From assembly GCA_965195285.1 (NCBI GenBank), contig CBDAFS010000043.1, forward strand, positions 1-64,000: a DNA stretch of 64,000 nt. The letters are read 5' to 3'. Under the pieces are notes generated by a model. The model saw only the letters and a program-made list of their open reading frames with translations, was not told the DNA's origin and made no database searches. Numbering within the stretch: position 1 is the first letter of the stretch; each line of letters begins with the position of its first letter. The position numbers and the translations under genes are program-made. Origin of the DNA: an uncultured Aminicenantes bacterium. GTDB taxonomy: Bacteria; Acidobacteriota; Aminicenantia; UBA2199. Of this stretch, positions 1-10,098 are shown piece after piece.

Positions 1-1084
1 GTAGATTGTCAGGTTCATCAGGGGAAAATAGGGCTCCAAAAATATCGACTCCCGGTGCAACCACATCCACCTGAGACCCGAAATTTGAGAAATCAGCCAG
101 CTGGTCATAGGCATTACTGGCACCAACAGCCAGACAATAATCATCATACTGGGCCGGATAAAGCACTTGACCGGCATCATTTCCGGTTGCAGCAATCAAC
201 ACACAACCCTTTGAAAAAGCATATTGACAGGCATCTTCAAGAATAAAACTATCGGACTCTCCGCCAAAACTCATGTTGATGACCCGGGCTCCCTGATCCG
301 CAGCAAACCGAATGCCACCGGCTATGGCCAGATAACTGCCATCGCCAAGGCTATCAAAGCATTTGATGGGCATGATCATGGATTGCCAGCAAACCCCGGC
401 CACACCAATGGAATTATTGGTTTCTGCCGCGGCAATGGATGCCACCAGGGTACCGTGCCCGTTATCATCATAGGCATCAAAACTGTCTTCAATAAAGTTA
501 TATCCGGGAACCACTTTGGATATTAAATCTTCGTGATGGAGAGCCACCCCGGAATCAATCACGGCAATGACAAGTTCACTGTCTCCGGTGGACCAGTCCC
601 AGCCATCAAGTGCCTTGATATCACTCCCGCTGATCCCAACCAGGTCATCGGTAGGGAAATAAACCTGGCCATAATTGTATAATGCATATTGAAAAACGAA
701 AAAACTATCATTGGGCGGTTCGGAAGCCAGGCGAGCCATATAGTTTAGCGAAGCATCTATAACCAGGGGATTTTGTCTTAAATCCAAAAGCAACCCTTCG
801 GGATCACAGGACGGATGAATATGGCAAATATAATATCCGGTTTGACTGTGAATCCCTATTCCCGTGATTTCCGACGGGTATCTGGCCTGCAGAATCTCGG
901 AGGCCAACCTTTTTCCCCATTCCTGAGTCTTTAACTTCACAATAATCTGATTGGGGACAAAGCGTTGGTTACCGCTACTCCGGATAGGTTCGCCCCCATG
1001 ATAGTAGGCCCATCGGGTCAGAACAGGTGACAGATTTAAGGTCAAAACAAAGCAAAAAAGTAAAAATATGGTTTTTTTAACCAT
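1..1084 (-). CDS. Secreted S8 subtilisin/thermitase-like serine peptidase, 3' end outside window
   Basis: Not in the ORF track because it runs off the edge. Manual translation from ATG 1084: signal peptide MVKKTIFLLFCFVL, prodomain FVPNQIIVKLK, catalytic VIAVIDSGV and DDNGHGTLVAS, VINMSFGG, oxyanion AATGND, FSNFG..VDVVAPG. Confidence 0.9.
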   Translation of the reverse strand, partial: MVKKTIFLLFCFVLTLNLSPVLTRWAYYHGGEPIRSSGNQRFVPNQIIVKLKTQEWGKRLASEILQARYPSEITGIGIHSQTGYYICHIHPSCDPEGLLLDLRQNPLVIDASLNYMARLASEPPNDSFFVFQYALYNYGQVYFPTDDLVGISGSDIKALDGWDWSTGDSELVIAVIDSGVALHHEDLISKVVPGYNFIEDSFDAYDDNGHGTLVASIAAAETNNSIGVAGVCWQSMIMPIKCFDSLGDGSYLAIAGGIRFAADQGARVINMSFGGESDSFILEDACQYAFSKGCVLIAATGNDAGQVLYPAQYDDYCLAVGASNAYDQLADFSNFGSQVDVVAPGVDIFGALFSPDEPDNL

Positions 1085-1093
1085 GAATCTCTC

Positions 1094-1846
1094 CTAAAAC
1101 GAATAAAAAATACTGGCGGAGATCGTCAATTTCGAAAAATAATTGATTTCCAGACCGGCTTCCCAATTCCTGGTAAATTCAAAAACAACGCCGCCCACGA
1201 TCCCCAGAAGATTTTTCTGACGGTGTTTCAATTCAGTCTCCGCTTCAATTTCCGCAATGGTTTCCGATATGGTGAGTGTTCCTTTGATAATATTCAGCTG
1301 AGGCCCCGCATACAGAATAATGGCATCCAGGCCATGATATTTCAATACCAGATCCAGTGTGCCCTGGTAAAACCAGTGCTTGGTCAGTGAAGAACCGGTA
1401 ACAATGTCTAAATTTATTTCTGTCTCCTGCTCGAATCTTTTGAAATACAAAAATTCTCCGCGGGCTGAGATCGAGAAATCACCGGAGGAAAAAAATTCAG
1501 ACATCAGGCTAAGACCAAAAACCATTGAATTATTGCTTTGAGTATCGATCTCCAGGGATAATGGAAGCGAGGTGACCTGAAGGGAATCCTTGAAATGATT
1601 CCAGTTATATCCGGCAATCAAACCCAGCGATAAATAATCGAAAATGTCAACTCTCACTTCAAGCGCCAAAACCATAGAGATCAATGAATTTTCCATATCG
1701 GTATCACTGAACACCACTTTGGCATCCGAATAGGCGGTTCTCAAACCGGTGAAATAAGCAAGGTCATTTTGAGTGCTGTTCTCTTCCAGTGAAAACAGAG
1801 TGATATGAAAGAATAAAATGATCAGTGAAAAAAAAAGTTTTTTCAT
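1094..1846 (-). CDS. Outer-membrane beta-barrel-like protein
   Basis: Signal peptide MKKLFFSLIILFF, alternating beta-strand pattern, C-terminal aromatic FYSF; start moved to ATG 1846. Confidence 0.65.
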   Translation of the reverse strand: MKKLFFSLIILFFHITLFSLEENSTQNDLAYFTGLRTAYSDAKVVFSDTDMENSLISMVLALEVRVDIFDYLSLGLIAGYNWNHFKDSLQVTSLPLSLEIDTQSNNSMVFGLSLMSEFFSSGDFSISARGEFLYFKRFEQETEINLDIVTGSSLTKHWFYQGTLDLVLKYHGLDAIILYAGPQLNIIKGTLTISETIAEIEAETELKHRQKNLLGIVGGVVFEFTRNWEAGLEINYFSKLTISASIFYSF

Positions 1847-1999
1847 CACCACCATCCTGATTTAGAAATATACCGAAAAAAAAGCCAAAAGTCAAAGGAA
1901 AGTTATTTCTCCTGCTTTCTGGCAATGGAAGCTGAACCGGTATTATTACACAGCCGGGTATTTCCAAAAATAATCGAATATATTATAATAAGAAAAGAC

Positions 2000-2887
2000 A
2001 TGGCCAAACAAAAAACCGAAATCTCAATTATTATCCCTTGTTTTAATGAATCCCGAACTATTCTGGAAACCATCAAAAAACTAAATCAGGTATTTTCGAA
2101 ATCCCAAAACGGTTATGAGATCATTGTCATCAATGATGCTTCCACTGACGGCACTCAGGACCAACTGGACAAATTGGATGACCTCCGTGTCAGGGTTATT
2201 TCCAATCGTTTTCAACTGGGATACGGGGCTTCTATCAAAATCGGAATCAAGAATTCCCGGTTCGAATGGATCGGGATTTGTGATGCTGATGGGACCTATC
2301 CCCTAGACCGGTTTCCTGACCTGCTGAAATATGCGAATGATTTTGATATGGTAGTGGGAGAGAGAACCGGAAAAGTAAGAGCCATCCCGTTTTTCAGGCG
2401 ACCGGCCAAATGGTTCCTGAATCGCTTTGCTTCGTACCTGGTTAAACGCAAAATTAAAGACGTCAATTCCGGCATGAGACTATTCAGAAAAGAAATTGCC
2501 GGTAATTACCGGAAGCTTTTTCCGGATGGATTCTCATTTACCACCACCATGACCCTGGCCTTTATCATGGGCAACCATCGAATCAAAAACCTGCCCATCG
2601 ATTACATGAAAAGAAAAGGCAGATCCAAAATCAGGCCCTTTCGGGACACCTACAATTTCATTCTCCTGATACTGAGATTGGCCATGTTGTTCAATCCCCT
2701 GAGGGTATTCATGCCAGCCTTTTTTATGGTGTTCTTCATGACCCTTATTTCACTGGGCCGGGATATTTACAACCTGAACCTAACCGATACCACGGTCATG
2801 CTGTTTGTTTTTTCCATCATCATCCTCATGATCGGCTTGCTGGCAGATTTAATCAATAAAAAAAGTACTGAAAGTTGGGGAAGATAA
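2000..2887 (+). CDS. GT2 polyprenol-phosphate glycosyltransferase (DPM/ArnC-like)
   Basis: IIIPCFNE, INDASTDGT, DADGTY, C-terminal TM helices; likely start MAKQK at 2000. Confidence 0.9.
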   Translation: MAKQKTEISIIIPCFNESRTILETIKKLNQVFSKSQNGYEIIVINDASTDGTQDQLDKLDDLRVRVISNRFQLGYGASIKIGIKNSRFEWIGICDADGTYPLDRFPDLLKYANDFDMVVGERTGKVRAIPFFRRPAKWFLNRFASYLVKRKIKDVNSGMRLFRKEIAGNYRKLFPDGFSFTTTMTLAFIMGNHRIKNLPIDYMKRKGRSKIRPFRDTYNFILLILRLAMLFNPLRVFMPAFFMVFFMTLISLGRDIYNLNLTDTTVMLFVFSIIILMIGLLADLINKKSTESWGR

Positions 2888-4716
2888 ATATTATTGCCAT
2901 AATCGAATTGTTTTTGCTGCTCGGATCGGCCTATGGAATTTCCACTTTTTTTATCAAGCCCAAGAATCAGGGAGACCGGTTATCCCACCTGATTCTGGGT
3001 ATAAGCCTGGGGTTGGGTCTCATCTCCTATTTAACCCTGCTGGCAGCTTCACTGCATCTGCTGAGCACCTGGTTTTTCTGGGGAATCATCCTCATCGGGA
3101 ACATCCTTTTTCTTAAAAACATTCCTTATCTGAAAGAACTGTCCATCGATTGGAAAGCCTCTGTCCTCGGTATAATGCTATCGGTTTTTTTAGGCCTGAA
3201 CCTGTTCTACAGTTTGTTCCCTCCCAGTTTTTATGACTCCCTTTTATACCATCTGGCCATTCCCCAATTTTACCTGCAACAGGGTGGAATCACCGCCTGG
3301 AATTGTAATTTCAACTCCAACCTCCCTCTGAACGGTGAAATGTTATACTTGTTTTCTATGCTGGGCGGAACCATGCTGATTCCCAAACTGCTCTCCCTGT
3401 GGTCAGGAATTGCAATTCTCATCCTGATGTTCCGCTGGTATAAAAATCAGTTTTCGCCCACATTTACCCTGTTACCCTTGATTCTGTTTTATTCGATCCC
3501 CCAGGTCGGGTTTCTCTCCTCCTCGTCAAAAACCGATATGCTGGGGCTGATGTTTCTGTTTTCCGGGTTTTATCTGTTTTTTGAATATCTGGAGATGCCG
3601 GGATCAAAAAACAACCTCTGGTTGACCGGACTTTTTCTGGGAATGTCTGTCGGGACCAAGTATATATTTGCCATTTATGCTGTCGCCTTTATGCTGGCGG
3701 TTTTTTTGTTTACCAAAATCCCATTCAAGAAGAAGATGGTGGTCATTCCCCTGGTTTCAATCATGATATTTCTCTGCCTGCTCCCCTGGTTTATTAAGAA
3801 TACCATTATCAGCGAAAACCCGGTATACCCTTATTTAAATACAGTTTTCAAAAGTGATTTCTGGAGCCCCGAACAAGCTAAAAACTTTTCATCTATACTG
3901 AAAAGAGGAGCGGATCATCAGATCCTGGATTATCTGAAATATCCGATCGAATTGTTTACCCGACCCTATCAATACGGCTTGACAGCGGTCTGGGGAATTC
4001 TTTTTTTGTTTTCCCTGCCATTTTTGTTTTTCACCACCCGGAACACACAAATCCGGGTATTGATCTTTTCCTCTTTGTTTGCTTTTTTACTGTTGATGCA
4101 GTTTGCCAAAGTTCCGCGATATTTTTTAGGTTCACTACTGCTGCTTTCTATCCCTACTGCCCTCGGAATTGAAAAGGTAGTGATTCATATAAGACTGGTC
4201 AAAAAAATATTCATCCCCTTTCTGATCCCGCTACTCCTGCTTCATCTGATACTCCAGTTTGATCTGCAGGAAAAATTTTTTAAGGGTTTTCAATACCTGG
4301 GACTGAAAATCGGGGAAAAATCCGACAACCCCGACCTTGATTATTTGAATCTGATTCCCTATTACCGGGTAGCCAAGTTTATCAATCACTCATTATCACC
4401 AGATCATCGGATTATGATTCTGGGTGAGGACCGCACTTTTTACATTAAAAGACCTTTTCTAGCCTGCTCTTTTGCCGACAAACACCCCTTGATCGGAATG
4501 CTGAAAACTCAAATGGTTCCGGTCCAGATAATAACCCGGATGCATAAACAAAAAATTACCCACCTGATGTATAGTGAAAAGGGACTGAAACGACTGGAGC
4601 GATTATCAAGAATGTATCACCTGTCTGACACCCAATGGAAAAAATTGGGGCATTTATTGAAACACTTAAAACCCATTTACCGGGATCACCGGTACACGGT
4701 ATATCAAATCATCTGA
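2875..4716 (+). CDS. GT-C fold multi-TM glycosyltransferase (ArnT/PMT_2-like)
   Basis: About 13 TM segments, YDSLLYHL early-loop motif, ENPVYPY, overlaps the GT2 gene. Confidence 0.7.
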   Translation: MGKINIIAIIELFLLLGSAYGISTFFIKPKNQGDRLSHLILGISLGLGLISYLTLLAASLHLLSTWFFWGIILIGNILFLKNIPYLKELSIDWKASVLGIMLSVFLGLNLFYSLFPPSFYDSLLYHLAIPQFYLQQGGITAWNCNFNSNLPLNGEMLYLFSMLGGTMLIPKLLSLWSGIAILILMFRWYKNQFSPTFTLLPLILFYSIPQVGFLSSSSKTDMLGLMFLFSGFYLFFEYLEMPGSKNNLWLTGLFLGMSVGTKYIFAIYAVAFMLAVFLFTKIPFKKKMVVIPLVSIMIFLCLLPWFIKNTIISENPVYPYLNTVFKSDFWSPEQAKNFSSILKRGADHQILDYLKYPIELFTRPYQYGLTAVWGILFLFSLPFLFFTTRNTQIRVLIFSSLFAFLLLMQFAKVPRYFLGSLLLLSIPTALGIEKVVIHIRLVKKIFIPFLIPLLLLHLILQFDLQEKFFKGFQYLGLKIGEKSDNPDLDYLNLIPYYRVAKFINHSLSPDHRIMILGEDRTFYIKRPFLACSFADKHPLIGMLKTQMVPVQIITRMHKQKITHLMYSEKGLKRLERLSRMYHLSDTQWKKLGHLLKHLKPIYRDHRYTVYQII

Positions 4717-4719
4717 TCT

Positions 4720-5499
4720 CTATTCGGAGAAACCAATTTGACCCCGGATCGCAAGCTTAAAACTGAATTTTCTCAGCTTCTCGGGTAAATGGTTGATCAA
4801 CCATGAATCAAAACCGGCAGCCACCCGGCTCAGAGGCGAAAAAAAGAACTGAGGATACAGAACAACCTCAGCCAGGGGAGTCGAGAAATATCCCAAATAA
4901 TCAAATGATAAATTACGGACTCCGTTTCTCTGAAAAAGATCGATCAATTCATCTCTGGAGAAAAAAACTTGATCCTGGGAATAGGATTTGTCCACCCATC
5001 CCCGGACTCTGCGCATAACCTGGATGAGCGGATTGGCATTTTGAGGTTCGATGGCCAGAATGAAACCTTTTGGCCTGGCCAGTCGGCATAGGGAATCCAT
5101 AACCAAATCCAGTTCAGTCATATGATGTAATGCCCCGATGGAGAGAATCACATCGGCTGGCTCACCCGACAATTTCATGGTTTTTATGTTTCCGGCGATA
5201 AATTCAATCCGGGGATTCCCCCGATTGAAAATCCGGGCGGCCTCAATCATTTTTTCCGATTGATCAATTCCGATATATTTCCGGTAATACCCCTGCAGGT
5301 ATTTGGCCGGGGCTCCCACACCGCAACCGATATCTAGAATCACTCCCAGGGAATTCATCTGGCTAAGAAGAGGTTGAACCGCATCCAACAATAATTGTTT
5401 CCGGGAAATCAATGATGACCGGATCATATCTTTCCGGATATACTGCCAGGCAATTCTGTCAAATAAAGCCTGATCCTTTTGTTCTTTTTTATTAATCAT
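4720..5499 (-). CDS. Class I SAM-dependent methyltransferase
   Basis: ILDIGCGVG, GIDQS, GALHHM, AIEP. Confidence 0.9.
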   Translation of the reverse strand: MINKKEQKDQALFDRIAWQYIRKDMIRSSLISRKQLLLDAVQPLLSQMNSLGVILDIGCGVGAPAKYLQGYYRKYIGIDQSEKMIEAARIFNRGNPRIEFIAGNIKTMKLSGEPADVILSIGALHHMTELDLVMDSLCRLARPKGFILAIEPQNANPLIQVMRRVRGWVDKSYSQDQVFFSRDELIDLFQRNGVRNLSFDYLGYFSTPLAEVVLYPQFFFSPLSRVAAGFDSWLINHLPEKLRKFSFKLAIRGQIGFSE

Positions 5500-5584
5500 T
5501 TCATGAATTATATGATATAGCCATTTAAGTGAACAAACCGATCAGTACAAAAAACAGTCTGGATTATATCGATTGGATTTTTCA

Positions 5585-7153
5585 TTATTTTATCGGCTTA
5601 AACCCTATTCCAATACCAGAAGGTGACTTCAGCGCAAGCACCTGCCTAAGATAATAGTTATTAATCAGGGGGATGGGCTCGGAGAATTCAATCTGGTCTA
5701 TAAATTTATTGAAGGTCGAAGGGCTCAATCCATGCTTTTTCAAAACCTCCCGGACCGTCCCGGTCATTGAAGTGATTTCAGACAAAAAATAAACCGGTTC
5801 TCCCCGGTTCAGACCGATATCCAATTCCTGCTTCAGTAGATCGAAAGTGCTTCCCTTGCCCAGTTTCCAGTCAAGAATAATCACATTTCTCAGAGCAAAA
5901 TAGGGAATATATATTTTTCCGTAGTTATAAGAATTGCTTCCGCTGCCGGCAATGAACACGCTGGAATTTTTGGCGGTGTTATCCCCTATGGCCCGGGCCA
6001 ATAAATAATTTTTATTGGCGGTAATATCATTGCGGGGCTTAATATTGCCAAAAAAATTAACCAAAAACAGAAACAAACTGACCCCAATCAAAATACCTTT
6101 CCCCAATTTCCGACGTCTCAATCCGGACAATGAAAAAACAAAGAGAATTAGAATCGGGACCACCATATTGAGTTTAAATTCAATATTCTGGCTTTCCCAA
6201 AAACAAAAAAACAAAAAATAAGGGATAATCCAGAAGATGATTTTAAGCATTATTTGGCGGTTCCCCGATTTAAGTCTGAGGGCAAAGGCCATCAATATTA
6301 TGCCTGCGAGTAATCCAATTGAAATGATTACAAAACCATCAGATACCGGAACCAGCATACTGGCCCCAAGGGCCTTTACCGAATTAAACACTCCGTTTAT
6401 GGAGAGACCTTCCCAGCGGTTGATCCGGTAGCCACTGAACATATTTACCCCAAAAAGAATATTCAATAAATGTTTAACCAGGTTATGGTGGATGAATAGA
6501 GAATAGATCAAGTAAGGTACCGTAAAGAAGATTCCGTAAAAAGCAAAAAACTGTATCCCGGAAACCAGAGGCCTTCGTTCATAAATAAAATAAATCAATA
6601 CCGAAAAACAGATCAATCCATTGGTTAAGTGAAACCCGCTTGCCATGGACAGTAACAAGGCGGATAAAATTGTATTTTTAAGAGCAGGTGGCTTGAAAAA
6701 CAAAACATAGATCCCGGAAACGACGAAAAACAACCCGGCCATATGAACTTCGGCTTCAACCGCATAACTCCAGAACCCATGGGATCCGGCAATCAAGCAA
6801 ACCCCTAAAACCGAAAAAAACCGGTCAGGAATTATTTTCTTCATGATCCTGAATGACATCATCAGAGTCAATAGCCCAAAAACCAGTGAAAAAAGCTGAA
6901 GGTGAAAATATTCCAGAACCTGATAACCGGTTAACTGGTTGAGGGTCTTGTAGATGATAAAATTGAGCGGGAAATAAAATAAATGATGGGATTGAATCAC
7001 CGGACTCAAATTGTTTTCCAGAAGGGCATACCTCAAGAAATGACTAAAAACCGTTCCGTCAAAGTCATAGCTTACCGGTAAATAGATAAAGTACAAAAGT
7101 CCGATAATGAGCAGGACCATCCAGAAAATGGCCTTATCCGATAATTGCATCAT
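5585..7153 (-). CDS. GT-C fold membrane protein (DUF2723/PMT-like)
   Basis: YDFDG, HHLFY, WSYAVEAEVH, many TM helices; start moved to MMQLS to remove overlap with pbpC. Confidence 0.6.
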   Translation of the reverse strand: MMQLSDKAIFWMVLLIIGLLYFIYLPVSYDFDGTVFSHFLRYALLENNLSPVIQSHHLFYFPLNFIIYKTLNQLTGYQVLEYFHLQLFSLVFGLLTLMMSFRIMKKIIPDRFFSVLGVCLIAGSHGFWSYAVEAEVHMAGLFFVVSGIYVLFFKPPALKNTILSALLLSMASGFHLTNGLICFSVLIYFIYERRPLVSGIQFFAFYGIFFTVPYLIYSLFIHHNLVKHLLNILFGVNMFSGYRINRWEGLSINGVFNSVKALGASMLVPVSDGFVIISIGLLAGIILMAFALRLKSGNRQIMLKIIFWIIPYFLFFCFWESQNIEFKLNMVVPILILFVFSLSGLRRRKLGKGILIGVSLFLFLVNFFGNIKPRNDITANKNYLLARAIGDNTAKNSSVFIAGSGSNSYNYGKIYIPYFALRNVIILDWKLGKGSTFDLLKQELDIGLNRGEPVYFLSEITSMTGTVREVLKKHGLSPSTFNKFIDQIEFSEPIPLINNYYLRQVLALKSPSGIGIGFKPIK

Positions 7154-7319
7154 GGATTTCCAATTATCTATTGTAAGGATTTTTGTGAACAAATGCAATT
7201 TCATAATCGGATTTCGACCATGAACATTCCAAAAGACAGAAGTAAATGTTAGTATAAGAAAGGTCATGAAAACAATCCAAAAAAAAATCCAGGGCAGGCG
7301 GTTGTTGAATAATAAAAAA

Positions 7320-9650
7320 ATGTCCAAATTATTAAAAATATTTCTGATAACCCTGGCTGGCATCATTGTTTTTTTTACCTTGATTCCGGTTCCCCGCCCC
7401 CTGTTTCAGCTATCCTATAGTACGGTTGTGGTAGATGAACAGGGAAATATTCTCAGGGCATTCTTGAATGATGATCAACAATGGTGTTTTCCCCCTGATT
7501 ATCAGCTGAATATTCCGGAAAAACTGAAAACCTGTATCCTGTATTTTGAAGATAAATATTTCTTTCAGCACCCGGGGATTAACCCTGTTTCACTTTTCAG
7601 ATCTCTGTTCCAAAATCTGTCTTCGGGCAGGGTCAGGAGCGGAGCCAGTACCATCAGCATGCAGGTCATCCGGCTGGCCTTAAGTAAACCCCGTACAATC
7701 CCAAACAAAATACTCGAAATTTTTCAGGCATTGAAACTTGAATTCAAGTATTCAAAAAAAAAGATTTTACAATTCTATGTGAACCATGCCCCCTACGGGG
7801 GAAACATCATCGGGTACCAGGCCGCTTCACTAAAATATTTCAGCAAAAAACCCGATCATCTGACCTGGAGTGAATCTGCCATTCTGGCTGTTTTGCCCAA
7901 CTCTCCGGGACTCATTTCACCCCGGTCCAACAGAAAAGAACTGTTGAAAAAGAGAAATTCCCTTTTGAAAACCCTGTTGGGGGGGGAAGTGATTGACCGG
8001 GAAACCTATCTGGTTAGCATACAAGAGCCCCTGGCCCGCAAGTTTTCGCCATTTTTCATAAATGCCCCTCATCTGTCTCAAACCTTGAAAAACCAGCTCA
8101 ATATGAAATCCGGTTATATCCATACCACCATCATCCAGAGACACCAGGTCCGGGTTGAAGAACTGGTCAGGCAACATCTCCTTTTTTTACACTCACAGGG
8201 AATATACAACGGTGCTGCCCTTGTGGTGGAAACCCCGAACAGAAAGGTCCGGGCTTACGTGGGTTCCCAAGATTTTTTTGACAGGCAATACGGGGGACAG
8301 AACAATGGATTGATTTCCTCCCGCTCCACCGGTTCGATTCTGAAACCATTCCTGTATGCCTTGGCCATGGATGAAGGTGTCATACTTCCCCAGACCCTCA
8401 TCAAAGATGTCCCTTCTTATTTTGGCAGTTTCTCCCCTTCCAATGCCAGCCAAAAATATGCCGGCCTGATATCAGCCAAGGATGCATTGATTCATTCACT
8501 GAATGTTCCGGCCAGCCGTTTACTAAACACCTACGGCCTGCATAAATTCTATTTGTTTTTGAAATCAGCCGGAATGACTACCCTGTTCAGAAAACCGGAT
8601 GAATATGGTCTCACCCTCATTTTGGGCGGAGCCGAGGCCACACTCTTTGACCTGGCAAAACTGTACTGCGGACTGGCCAACCGGGGGAATTTCATGCCAT
8701 TGGCACTAACCCGCTCAGATCACCCGGAAACTACCGGAACCGGATTTAATATGATCAGCCCAGAAGCCTGTTATTTGACTTTGGATATTCTGAAGGATGT
8801 GAAGCGACCCGGATCGGAATTTTACTGGGAGCAATACCAGAACCGACACCCCATTGCCTGGAAAACCGGCACCAGCTACGGCCAGAGAGATGCCTGGTCG
8901 GTGGGGGTGACACCCCAGTGGACCATTGCCATCTGGGTGGGCAATTTCAACGGGGAGGGGAATCCCAATTTGTCCGGGGCCAGCTGCGCAGCCCCGCTCA
9001 TGTTCGATATCTTCAACTATCTTCCGAAATCACCCCGCTACAAATGGTTTGACCAATCAAAAATCAATTTGAAAAAAGTCAAACTATGCCTGGAAACCGG
9101 CTATATCGCCGGACCTCATTGTCCGAAAACCTATTGGGCCAAATCCCCGAAAAGCCTGAAACCCCTGAAACCCTGCCCCTACCATCGAACCATTTTCATC
9201 ACCCTGGATGAAAAATTCCAAGTTTGCTCCCTATGCTGGAAACCCGATGAATACAAACAAACCAATCGCCTGTTTTATCCTCCCGATGTATCCCAGTACC
9301 TGAGGGAAAAAGGCATGATCCTTTCCCGCATTCCACCCCATAAAGCAGATTGTCCCGGCAATTCTGAAACCAAAGCCATGCAGATCATCTACCCGGTACA
9401 GCGAGCTAAAATCTGGATTCCCCGGGACTTTGACGGTAAATTACAGAAAATCACCTTCAAAGTTGCCCACCGGATAAAAAACCGCACCGTATACTGGTAC
9501 ATAGATGATATCTACCAAGGGTATACCCGCAGAAATCACAAACGGGCATTTGAGATGAAAAAAGGATGGCACCGGCTGGATGTAATCGACAGTGAAGGAA
9601 ACCGGGATCAACGGAGATTTTCCATAACCATCAGCACCGATTCACACTGA
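7320..9650 (+). CDS. pbpC: Penicillin-binding protein 1C
   Basis: EDKYFFQHPGINP, SGASTISMQ, STGSILKPF (SxxK), SLN, KTGTS, C-terminal BiPBP_C-like domain. Confidence 0.93.
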   Translation: MSKLLKIFLITLAGIIVFFTLIPVPRPLFQLSYSTVVVDEQGNILRAFLNDDQQWCFPPDYQLNIPEKLKTCILYFEDKYFFQHPGINPVSLFRSLFQNLSSGRVRSGASTISMQVIRLALSKPRTIPNKILEIFQALKLEFKYSKKKILQFYVNHAPYGGNIIGYQAASLKYFSKKPDHLTWSESAILAVLPNSPGLISPRSNRKELLKKRNSLLKTLLGGEVIDRETYLVSIQEPLARKFSPFFINAPHLSQTLKNQLNMKSGYIHTTIIQRHQVRVEELVRQHLLFLHSQGIYNGAALVVETPNRKVRAYVGSQDFFDRQYGGQNNGLISSRSTGSILKPFLYALAMDEGVILPQTLIKDVPSYFGSFSPSNASQKYAGLISAKDALIHSLNVPASRLLNTYGLHKFYLFLKSAGMTTLFRKPDEYGLTLILGGAEATLFDLAKLYCGLANRGNFMPLALTRSDHPETTGTGFNMISPEACYLTLDILKDVKRPGSEFYWEQYQNRHPIAWKTGTSYGQRDAWSVGVTPQWTIAIWVGNFNGEGNPNLSGASCAAPLMFDIFNYLPKSPRYKWFDQSKINLKKVKLCLETGYIAGPHCPKTYWAKSPKSLKPLKPCPYHRTIFITLDEKFQVCSLCWKPDEYKQTNRLFYPPDVSQYLREKGMILSRIPPHKADCPGNSETKAMQIIYPVQRAKIWIPRDFDGKLQKITFKVAHRIKNRTVYWYIDDIYQGYTRRNHKRAFEMKKGWHRLDVIDSEGNRDQRRFSITISTDSH

Positions 9651-9677
9651 ATATCATGCCATACTCCCGCAAGTCAA

Positions 9678-9932
9678 TCAATCGGTAAGTTTGTAAACCG
9701 TATCCCCTACTCGAGCCCTCTCTGGAACCTTTATCCCCACTGAATCGCCCGGCTTGGCCTCTTCAACATTTACATTGTTTATCTGCATTGATTCGATATC
9801 CATCTGAAAATCAGTGGTGTGGCCTTTGATTTGGATTCGGTCTCCAACCCTGAGAACACCGGTTATTTCAATGCCCACAACAACGGGTTGGGCAAAAAAA
9901 TGACTTACCTTTCCGACAATCTCTTCTGGCAT
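9678..9932 (-). CDS. Small translation-elongation-factor-like beta-barrel protein
   Basis: VGKVSHFF, LRVGDRI, GHTTDF, EAKPGDSVGIKV; SD AGGAGG upstream. Confidence 0.8.
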   Translation of the reverse strand: MPEEIVGKVSHFFAQPVVVGIEITGVLRVGDRIQIKGHTTDFQMDIESMQINNVNVEEAKPGDSVGIKVPERARVGDTVYKLTD

Positions 9933-10098
9933 TTAAATACCTCCTGACCAATTGTTTAAAGTATAGGTCATTCTGTCTGAAAAAACAACATCTTCGGGAA
10001 TTTACACAAAATCCGAGTCCGGCTGACCGGTATTCAGTAATGACCATGAATTGACATTTTATTTCAATTTGCTACCCTATGAAAACATCCGGCCGAAA

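Noticed and set aside
55-526. Plus-strand ORFs of 63 and 100 aa
   Set aside because: Antisense shadows of the S8 peptidase gene; the same applies to the many short ORFs nested in or opposite long genes across the window
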